Of a stretch of DNA of 24,000 nt, positions 15,803 to 22,447 are shown piece by piece. Both the position numbers and the translations under genes were made by a program. Location: assembly GCA_002898355.1 (NCBI GenBank), contig BEHD01000004.1, positions 46,540 through 70,539 on the forward strand, written 5' to 3'. Each line of letters begins with the position of its first letter. The stretch's first letter is position 1. Origin of the DNA: an archaeon HR01. GTDB taxonomy: Archaea > Thermoproteota > Nitrososphaeria_A > Caldarchaeales > Caldarchaeaceae. Under the pieces are notes generated by a model. That model saw only the letters and a program-made list of their open reading frames with translations. It did no database searches and was not told where the DNA came from.

Positions 15803-16855
15803 ATGAAGTTTGGTTTGGCTTATAGTATCCAGTCGCCAACTAAGGAATGGAGCCAGGCCTACGATAACGTTGTTGAGCAGACGCTACTAGCTGAGCGGCT
15901 AGGGTTTGATTCAGTATTGATAAGCGAGCACCATCTAACTGATGACGGATATTTCCCATCACCCTTGGTTGTAGCCGCCGGGCTATCTAGCGTTACAAGG
16001 CGCATAAGGGTGGGAACAGCGGTTGTTTTAGTCCCTCTCCACCACCCGGTGGAGGTCGCCGAGGCAGCTGCCGTAACCGACGTTATGTCTAGAGGTAGGC
16101 TGATACTAGGACTTGGATTGGGCTATAGGCCTGAAGAATTCAACCTATACAACGTGCCGCGTAGGGAGAGGGGTCCCAGGCTTGAGGAGGGGACTACACT
16201 TATCCGTAGGCTTTTATCAGAGGAGAACGTAACGTTCAGCGGCCGATTCTACAAGGTAAACAAGGTTACACTAACTCCGAGGCCAGTGCAGAGACCGCCG
16301 CCTATATGGATAGCGGCAAAGTTTGAGCCAGCCATAAGAAGGGCGGCTAGAATTGGTGACGCATGGTTTGCAGACCCTGTAACCCCCCTTAAGGTCTTGA
16401 AGGAGCGCAATAACATCTATCTTGACGAGCTTAAGCGGATAGGGAGAGACCCAGCTATGCTAGAGCGCCCACTCTGGCGCGAGGCATATGTAGCTGGCAG
16501 CGATGATGAGGCTTGGGAGGTTGCTAAAGACGGGGTTCTATACATCTATGGCAGGGATTACTTCAGATGGGGTCACCTACAGGACGAGGAAGGAAGAGAG
16601 GTAAACCCTCAAAACACTAGCTTCGAAGAGTTTGCAGAGACCCTGCGAAAACGTTTCATCATACGCGGAGTAGATGGATTCATAGACGAAGTGGAGAAGT
16701 ATAGAAGAGAGATTGGAACAAACTATTTTGTCTTCAGAATATACTTCCCAGGGATGAGGCATGATAAGGCTTTAGACGCCATACGCTTGATAGGAACAAA
16801 GATCATACCTTATTTTGAAGAGGATAAAAAACCTAGCGGAGCCGGCATTCCTTAG
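15803..16855 (+). CDS. LLM-class (luciferase-like) flavin-dependent oxidoreductase
   Basis: MKFGLAY..., GFDSVLISEHH, RIRVGTAVVLVPLHHP, LILGLGLGYRPEEF are typical LLM patterns. GAGGT lies upstream. Last gene of the low-GC operon. Confidence 0.85.
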   Translation: MKFGLAYSIQSPTKEWSQAYDNVVEQTLLAERLGFDSVLISEHHLTDDGYFPSPLVVAAGLSSVTRRIRVGTAVVLVPLHHPVEVAEAAAVTDVMSRGRLILGLGLGYRPEEFNLYNVPRRERGPRLEEGTTLIRRLLSEENVTFSGRFYKVNKVTLTPRPVQRPPPIWIAAKFEPAIRRAARIGDAWFADPVTPLKVLKERNNIYLDELKRIGRDPAMLERPLWREAYVAGSDDEAWEVAKDGVLYIYGRDYFRWGHLQDEEGREVNPQNTSFEEFAETLRKRFIIRGVDGFIDEVEKYRREIGTNYFVFRIYFPGMRHDKALDAIRLIGTKIIPYFEEDKKPSGAGIP

Positions 16856-16863
16856 CCGTCAAC

Positions 16864-16874
16864 TTTTATTTTTT
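16864..16874 (+). terminator. Oligo-T tract (TTTTATTTTTT), putative archaeal intrinsic terminator of the Mo-hydroxylase/LLM operon
   Basis: Begins 9 nt after the TAG at 16853-16855. Archaeal RNA polymerase terminates at T-runs. Confidence 0.4.
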
Positions 16875-17197
16875 GCCAGCTTATGGAAAGAAGCCGCTTT
16901 ATAGTTGATTCAACGGCCTGTTTCTGTTTTCTAAGCCTTATTGAGGCAGTGTTGGAGCGTGGCAATAGTGCCGACCTCTACAGCAAAGTTTGAGGTAGAT
17001 CTGTTGGTTAAGGGCCTTGGCCTCGATTATGACGGTAGAATTTTGGAGCGTGTTAGGAGGGGGTTGGGACATGTCCATAAATAGACTTCGCCAGAAAGAT
17101 GCGAGAGAATCGCCATGTTTTGTTTCGATTAGGTTATTGCAGAAACCTGCCCTAGCCAGATAGCGAGCAGATGACAGATGGCCACTCTGTATAAGCT

Positions 17198-17221
17198 GTT
17201 TATATGGTGGTTTATATTGTG
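17198..17221 (+). promoter_or_regulatory. Tandem 12-nt direct repeat GTTTATATgGTG / GTTTATATtGTG containing two TATA-like boxes
   Basis: 11 of 12 positions identical and directly adjacent. The second box is centred ~35 nt upstream of the ATG at 17249. The repeat overlaps the track's ATG at 17204, which argues against that start. Confidence 0.4.
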
Positions 17222-17248
17222 GGGTCCGTCGGCGGCGGACGAGCTGGG

Positions 17249-17839
17249 ATGGGGGACGTGGAGGTCGGCCAGGTCAGGCTTCATGTGGGTGTTGCAGGCT
17301 TCTCGGTGGTGGCTGGGATTGTCTTCACGGTTACAAGCCATTGGGTGGCTCCTCTGGCCTTTGCGGCCGGCGGGCATCTGGGCGTTGCGCTGGTCTACGG
17401 GCTTTGGTTTATGGGTGGGCCGTTGACCGCCTACATTGTGAGGAGGCCTTGGTCGGCCTTCCTCGGGGAGACGGTGGGAGCTATTGTCGAGCTGCTGCTG
17501 GTAAGCCCCTACTCCATCATGCTCTACTACTATGGCCCAGCCCAGGGGATAGTCAGCGAGGCTGTCTTCAGAGCCTTCAGATACAGAAACTTCGGCTACA
17601 AGGCCATGATTCTGGCTGGAGGGCTTCCAGCCCTCGCCGCCTACCCCTTCGACTGCCTAATCTCACCCTTCTACCCTGCCTGCAGGTCTCCCGGATACCC
17701 TCTGGAGCTCCACATCGGCTTGATCGCCGGCATGGCCGTAAGCGGGGCAGTTCTCGCAGGTGTCCTGGTGAAGGTGGTGGTTGACTCGGCTGTTTCCTCG
17801 GGCGCCCTCAGGAGTTGGCCGGTGGCGCGGATGAAGTGA
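17249..17839 (+). CDS. ykoE: ECF transporter S component, YkoE-like (HMP/thiamine-precursor specific)
   Basis: YGLWFMGGPLTAYIVRRPWSAFLGETVGAIVELLLVSP...QGIVSEAVFRAFRY...VSGAVLAGVLVKVVVDS matches my recollection of the YkoE pattern. It has 5-6 TM helices and is followed by a fused double ATPase and a T component. Start uncertain (17204 in the track, 17249 preferred). Confidence 0.7.
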   Translation: MGDVEVGQVRLHVGVAGFSVVAGIVFTVTSHWVAPLAFAAGGHLGVALVYGLWFMGGPLTAYIVRRPWSAFLGETVGAIVELLLVSPYSIMLYYYGPAQGIVSEAVFRAFRYRNFGYKAMILAGGLPALAAYPFDCLISPFYPACRSPGYPLELHIGLIAGMAVSGAVLAGVLVKVVVDSAVSSGALRSWPVARMK

Positions 17840-19161
17840 TAGTCGGAGACCTCTATGTGAAGGGTCTTAGAGTGGTGGTGGATGGCTTCGTTCTTGGCCC
17901 CCTAACCTTTAGGGTTGGGAGTGGTTCCTGCCTTGGAGTGGTGGGTGGAAACGGCTCAGGGAAAACCCTCTTGGTCAAGGCTTTGGCCGGTCTCATCAGC
18001 CATGAGGGAGAGGTGGCCTTAGGCGGTGTCAAGAAAGATGATGTCTCAAGATTTGAATGGTTTAGGAGGGTTGGGGTTGTTCTGGATGAATACGTCGGGT
18101 TGAGGGTTGCGTCGAACGTGGGCGATGAAGTGGCTTTCACCCTTGAAAACCTCGGCCTCGAGCCGGATAAGACGGCCGAGATGGTGCTGGAAACCCTCAA
18201 GCTTATGAGGATGGAGGAGATGATAACGTATGACGTCAACACGTTGAGCAGCGGTTACGCTGCCAGGCTATCGCTGGCGGCCGCCATGGCCCACAGACCA
18301 GCCCTACTCCTTCTGGATAACCCTCTCAAGCACATAGACCCACCCACAAGACATGAGATAGTGGAACGGCTGGTCGAGATTAAAAAACGTGGGACACGCA
18401 TAGTTGTAACTGCTACACACGCTAAAGACTACTCACCCCTGATAGATGAGGTCATCCACCTCGGCGGCGGGGATGGAGGTCCGTGGGATATGCGTGGTGC
18501 GGGGAGAAATGCCGGGGGTGGCGGGGCTGTTGTGGAGGCTGAAGGCGTCAGCTTCCGCTATGACGGAGTTGAAGCGGTCAAGAACGTGTCGCTTGTCCTA
18601 CGCTCAGGTGTCGTCACGGCCTTGGTTGGGAGGAACGGAGCCGGGAAGACGACACTGGGCAAAATCCTAGCGGGGCTGATAAAACCCAGCAGGGGACGGC
18701 TGAGGCCTGGGAAGGTCAGGGCTGCCTTCATGTCTTCAAACCCGGAAACACAGCTGGTGGGGCGGACGCCTAGGGAGGACATCATGGTAAGCCTCTCAAA
18801 AAAAGGCGGAGACCCCGGTAAAGCCGGTGAGATAGTTGAGGAGTTCGGCTTGGCCGGTGTAGCCGACAAACCCCTCCAAAGCCTCGGTAGGGGGATTAAG
18901 CGTCTGACGGCTCTGCTTTCCCTCTACACCTTGAAGCCAGCCCTCCTAGTCCTGGATGAACCCACCCAAGGCCTCGACTCAGCCCTGTCATCCATGGCCG
19001 CCAAAATCATCACACTGCAGGCGGCTGAGGGCAGGGCGGCCTTAATCATATCCCACGACATCGAGTTCGTGAAGGCTGTGGCTGACAGGGCCCTCGTCAT
19101 GCGTGACGGAGAGGTTGTAGCCGAAACCAGTCCCCAGGAACTTGGTGAGGGGATGCTTTGA
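17836..19161 (+). CDS. ykoD: ECF transporter ATPase, fused tandem NBDs (YkoD/EcfA-A' type)
   Basis: Two Walker A motifs (GGNGSGKT, GRNGAGKTT). Signatures LSSGY and SLGRG. Walker B LLLLDNP (NBD1) and LLVLDEP (NBD2). H-loops TATH and ISHD. Start set at GTG 17836, overlapping the ykoE TGA (GTGA); the track's TTG at 17815 is the alternative. Confidence 0.85.
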   Translation: MIVGDLYVKGLRVVVDGFVLGPLTFRVGSGSCLGVVGGNGSGKTLLVKALAGLISHEGEVALGGVKKDDVSRFEWFRRVGVVLDEYVGLRVASNVGDEVAFTLENLGLEPDKTAEMVLETLKLMRMEEMITYDVNTLSSGYAARLSLAAAMAHRPALLLLDNPLKHIDPPTRHEIVERLVEIKKRGTRIVVTATHAKDYSPLIDEVIHLGGGDGGPWDMRGAGRNAGGGGAVVEAEGVSFRYDGVEAVKNVSLVLRSGVVTALVGRNGAGKTTLGKILAGLIKPSRGRLRPGKVRAAFMSSNPETQLVGRTPREDIMVSLSKKGGDPGKAGEIVEEFGLAGVADKPLQSLGRGIKRLTALLSLYTLKPALLVLDEPTQGLDSALSSMAAKIITLQAAEGRAALIISHDIEFVKAVADRALVMRDGEVVAETSPQELGEGML

Positions 19162-19829
19162 ACCCCAGAGCGCTGAACCCATCCATCAAACTGGTCTTCC
19201 TCGCATACATCTTCACCCTGGTCAGCCTCCTAAACATGCTGCAGCACCTCCTCTATCTCCTACTCCTCACCCTGGTCCTCGCCCTAGCCTCGCATGTTAA
19301 GCCGTCAGGCCTTTTGAGGGTTTTCGTGGGTGTGGCACCAATGGCCTTTGGACTTGGGTGGTTCAACGCAGCCTTATCCGGTGACATAACATATCTGCCC
19401 ATGGTAGCCCTCAAAATCTACACATTAACCACTGCAACGGCCTACTTCGCCTCCACAACCGACCCGACAACCTTCTTCCACAGCCTCGTTCAAAACCTCC
19501 GGCTCCCCTACAGCTTCAGCCTCCCCCTCTCCCTAGCCTACCTAATCCTGAAAGACCTCCTCACATGGTATGTCGAAGCCGTCCACTCCCTCCGCGGGAG
19601 ATGGATACTGGGGAGTGGCTGGGAGACACCCTTCAAACTGAGGCTGGTGGGTGTGATGCTCCTAAACTATGTCTCAAGCCGTCTCGAGATGCTGGCTGAA
19701 GCCCTTGAGGTGAGATGCTTCACAACAGCGAGAAAACCGTGGAGAAGAGTCGCCGTCACGGGATGGGATTATATCTTCATCACCGTGTTGGTCTCGGCCA
19801 CAGTCCCCGTAATCATCCTCACAGCCTGA
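19158..19829 (+). CDS. ykoC: ECF transporter transmembrane T component (EcfT/CbiQ family, YkoC-like)
   Basis: Polytopic membrane protein. Coupling-helix motifs AVHSLRGR and AEALEVRCF (Ax3Ax2R(G/C)). The TTG start overlaps the ATPase TGA (TTGA). Confidence 0.7.
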   Translation: MNPRALNPSIKLVFLAYIFTLVSLLNMLQHLLYLLLLTLVLALASHVKPSGLLRVFVGVAPMAFGLGWFNAALSGDITYLPMVALKIYTLTTATAYFASTTDPTTFFHSLVQNLRLPYSFSLPLSLAYLILKDLLTWYVEAVHSLRGRWILGSGWETPFKLRLVGVMLLNYVSSRLEMLAEALEVRCFTTARKPWRRVAVTGWDYIFITVLVSATVPVIILTA

Positions 19830-20493
19830 AGGGCCATCCAACCAGGCGGTACGACTCATCCCAGAAGAGATACTCGTAAACCGTTGACAGCCTGAAGAGT
19901 CTCACAGCAGCCCTGGCCTCCGCCTCGGAGATTTTCTCACCATGTCTATCCACCATCTCGACAAGCCCTCTAACATTCCTCTCATACTCTTCCGAGGTGT
20001 AGGTCTCTATCCATCGCCTGTAGGTCTTGTTGGGCGAGCCCTTCTTAACAAGGCTTCTGCCCACCTCGAGGTAGACCCAGAAACAGGGTAGGATGGCTGC
20101 AAGACCCTGGGTGAAGGGCTTGTCGTATGCTGTGGCTGTGAGGAAGTTGGTGTAGGCTGTGTTCACCGGCGACATCGTGAAACGGCCGAGTTCTTCAAGG
20201 GTCAGCCCCCACTCCGAGAAGAGGAACTCGTGGAGGGATTTCCTCTCAAACGAGAGGGCCGCATGGGCGTTGGATAGGAGTGCTAGGGCGTCATCATCCT
20301 GGTCTGCCTTCACACCCACCAGCGCCACAGCCCTTGCGAAAGCGCTTAGGTAGAGGGCGTCCTGGATGATGTAGTGCTTGAAAACATCGATATCTAATCC
20401 ACCCGAGGTCAGGCCTTCTAAAAATGGGTGACGTAGGATACCCTCATAGACATCTCCGATACTCCGCCAGAGCTCAGCGGCGAAAACGGGCAT
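19819..20493 (-). CDS. tenA: TenA-family aminopyrimidine aminohydrolase (thiaminase II)
   Basis: HPFLEGLTSGGLDIDVFKHYIIQDALYL start. Catalytic-Cys context AAILPCFWVY. C-terminal EYLFWD. TTAAATA (minus strand, 20516-20522) lies ~26 nt upstream of the ATG at 20493. Confidence 0.85.
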   Translation of the reverse strand: MPVFAAELWRSIGDVYEGILRHPFLEGLTSGGLDIDVFKHYIIQDALYLSAFARAVALVGVKADQDDDALALLSNAHAALSFERKSLHEFLFSEWGLTLEELGRFTMSPVNTAYTNFLTATAYDKPFTQGLAAILPCFWVYLEVGRSLVKKGSPNKTYRRWIETYTSEEYERNVRGLVEMVDRHGEKISEAEARAAVRLFRLSTVYEYLFWDESYRLVGWPFRL

Positions 20494-20552
20494 AGATGTT
20501 TAAACCTTGGATGCGTATTTAAGGTCTGTTTGGCTGTGGCGGCCGCCATGCC

Positions 20553-20559
20553 TATAAAT
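20553..20559 (+). promoter_or_regulatory. TATA-like box (TATAAAT) of the acyl-CoA dehydrogenase gene, flanked upstream by the palindrome TGGCGGCCGCCA (20537-20548)
   Basis: Centred 24 nt upstream of the ATG at 20580. The 12-bp perfect palindrome occupies the BRE-proximal position. Confidence 0.45.
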
Positions 20560-20579
20560 CGGCGTGTGTATTATTTGTC

Positions 20580-21785
20580 ATGGTCTTTCCATTTGGCTCT
20601 CTTCTCGATTTTAGGATAAACCTCACAGATGAACATGAGATGTTTAGGAGGTCTGTTAGAGAGTTTGCGGAGAGGGTGTTGGAGCCCCGTGTGAGGGAGA
20701 TTGAACGGTCCAACCGTATCCCGGAGGAGCTGCTCAGGAAGGCTGGTGAGAACGGGTTCACCGGCCTGGGAATACCGCAGGAGTATGGGGGGCAGGGAAC
20801 CGACATAACCTTCAACGCAATATATGTTGAAGAGGTATCACGGATATGTCCAGCCTTCTCGGTGGCCACCCTCGTCCACGAGCTGTTTGTCTATCCTGTC
20901 CTAAGATATGGAACGGAGGAGCAGAGGAGGAGGTATCTCCCGCCGTTGGCAAGGGGTGAGAAACATGCATCCCACGCCACTACAGAGCCCCAGGCGGGTA
21001 GCGATGTGGCCGGGATTGAGACGAGGGGGGTGCGGGAGGGTGATGGATGGGTTCTCAACGGCAGAAAATATTTCATCTCAGGTGCTGACAAGGCCGACTA
21101 CTTCATAGTCTTGGCCAGGACCTCGGAGCCTCCGAGCCGTAAGGAGCGCTGGAAGGGGCTTACCTTCTTCATCGTTGAGAAGGGCACGCCTGGGCTGAGG
21201 CTGGGTGAGAGGATAGAGGTGATGGGGATTAGGGGGAGCCACCCATACGAGGTCTTCCTCGATAACGTCTATGTCCCAGACGATAACAGGGTGGGCGAGG
21301 AAGGACTCGGCTTCAAGATAGCGATGGAGACATACGACTACGGCCGGATAGGTGTGGCGGCCCAAGCCGTAGGAATCTCCCAAGCCTGCCTAGAGAGAAG
21401 CCTCCAATACTCGATACAGAGAAAGGCCTTCGAGAGACCTATCATAGGATTTCAGGCCGTCCAATTCCACATAAGCGACATACTCACAAAGCTGGAGGCT
21501 GCCAGACTGATGCTCTACTGGGCGGCGGCACTGGCCACCAGCAATAGGGCTGAGGCCAGCTTCGCAGCATCTATGGCCAAGCTCTTCGCCACGGAGGCCG
21601 CTGAAAACGCTGCCTTGAAGGCTATAACGATTCACGGCGGGATGGGTGTCGCTGTGGAGGGATGGGTTGAGAGGTTTCTGAGAGATACGCAGATACTCAA
21701 AACCTATGAGGGTGCCAACGATGTCCAGAGGCTGGTGATAATGCGGCAGATGATGAGGCAGGTCTTCGGAATGGAAATTCCCTAA
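20580..21785 (+). CDS. Acyl-CoA dehydrogenase
   Basis: LTDEHEMFRRSVREFAE start, TEPQAGSD, GRKYFISGA, and the catalytic-base context TYEGANDVQRLVI. Confidence 0.9.
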   Translation: MVFPFGSLLDFRINLTDEHEMFRRSVREFAERVLEPRVREIERSNRIPEELLRKAGENGFTGLGIPQEYGGQGTDITFNAIYVEEVSRICPAFSVATLVHELFVYPVLRYGTEEQRRRYLPPLARGEKHASHATTEPQAGSDVAGIETRGVREGDGWVLNGRKYFISGADKADYFIVLARTSEPPSRKERWKGLTFFIVEKGTPGLRLGERIEVMGIRGSHPYEVFLDNVYVPDDNRVGEEGLGFKIAMETYDYGRIGVAAQAVGISQACLERSLQYSIQRKAFERPIIGFQAVQFHISDILTKLEAARLMLYWAAALATSNRAEASFAASMAKLFATEAAENAALKAITIHGGMGVAVEGWVERFLRDTQILKTYEGANDVQRLVIMRQMMRQVFGMEIP

Positions 21786-21861
21786 GTAATACCCTAGATA
21801 TCCAGCCATCAACAGCAATACTTTTAATACTGGATATGGCTATGACACGGTAGAGCCAATT

Positions 21862-22422
21862 ATGCGTGCATCGTTAAGGATGGGACTTGGCGCACTCGCC
21901 TCATTCCTCGTAGTCTTCCTCATGGCTCGCCTCGAATCTAACCCGCAGGCCCTATATCTTGTGATCGCCCAGGTGGTGGGTTCCGGCGTTGCCGCAGGCT
22001 TGTTAAGCCGTGGCGGCGCCCTCGCAGCTCTAGCCTCGGCCGTAGGAGGGCTGGCGGGCCTTATACTCAACATCCGGATAGGGACATACCTGTGGAACCC
22101 CTCACACACCAGCTTGGACCTTATCCCAATCCGCCTCCTCCTCCTGGGCGCGTCAGCCGGGATAGCCGCCGTGATGGGTTATGGTTTCCGCCTCAAACCC
22201 GTGCCTCCGCCTGTTGAGGAGAAAAAAATAGAGACGCCTAGTATGGGCGTGGTGGAGGAGAAGCCGTCTCCTGAGCCTCCCAAGATTGAGGCCCAAGTCG
22301 AAGAGGCCGCCAGGCCTGAATATGTCGAGATTCAGAGCAGGATATGCAAGTTCTGCTACAGCGTGATACCGGCCGAGTCAAGGTTCTGCCCTATGTGCGG
22401 GCAAAAACTGGTGGAGGTTTAG
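21862..22422 (+). CDS. Membrane protein (about 4 TM) with Pro/Glu/Lys-rich linker and C-terminal zinc ribbon
   Basis: Hydrophobic N-terminal ~110 aa, a PVPPPVEEKKIETP...EKPSPEPPKIE linker, then CKFC-x12-CPMC. An A/T box (CTTTTAATA, ~21823-21831) lies ~30 nt upstream of the ATG. Confidence 0.6.
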   Translation: MRASLRMGLGALASFLVVFLMARLESNPQALYLVIAQVVGSGVAAGLLSRGGALAALASAVGGLAGLILNIRIGTYLWNPSHTSLDLIPIRLLLLGASAGIAAVMGYGFRLKPVPPPVEEKKIETPSMGVVEEKPSPEPPKIEAQVEEAARPEYVEIQSRICKFCYSVIPAESRFCPMCGQKLVEV

Positions 22423-22447
22423 GGCCTGGACTGGTGGAGATGGGGGA

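Noticed and set aside
16909-16920. TTCAACGGCCTG as an att-site repeat of the tRNA-Asp T-arm/acceptor (TTCAAATCCCGGCCTG)
   Set aside because: Only 12 nt match, and only with a 4-nt gap. That is within chance expectation for this window, and there is no integrase. It is mentioned in the island finding only as something to test.
16959-17084. 41-codon frame (VAIVPTSTAKFEVDLLVKGLGLDYDGRILERVRRG...) as a remnant of a YkoF/MTH1187-type thiamine-binding protein upstream of ykoE
   Set aside because: The idea is attractive because Bacillus has ykoFEDC. However, the similarity rests on a few residues (IVP..ST, GL.Y) with the wrong spacing, and the frame is far too short. It cannot be supported without a profile search.
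17090-17200. Possible TPP (THI-box) riboswitch upstream of ykoE, prompted by AACCTGCCCTAGCCAGATAGCGAGC and GCGAGAGAATCGC
   Set aside because: The conserved CUGAGA element and the CUGG...CCAG P5 hairpin of the ACCUGAUCUGGAUAAUGCCAGCG core are absent. The resemblance is limited to AACCUG and CCAG..GCG. It needs an Rfam scan, but by eye it is not a THI-box.
17129-17784. Alternative-frame ORFs 17129-17377(-), 17178-17426(+) and 17341-17784(+)
   Set aside because: They overlap the YkoE-like frame, which has a recognisable family pattern and TM helices. The alternatives are Arg/Gly/Trp-rich with no motifs.
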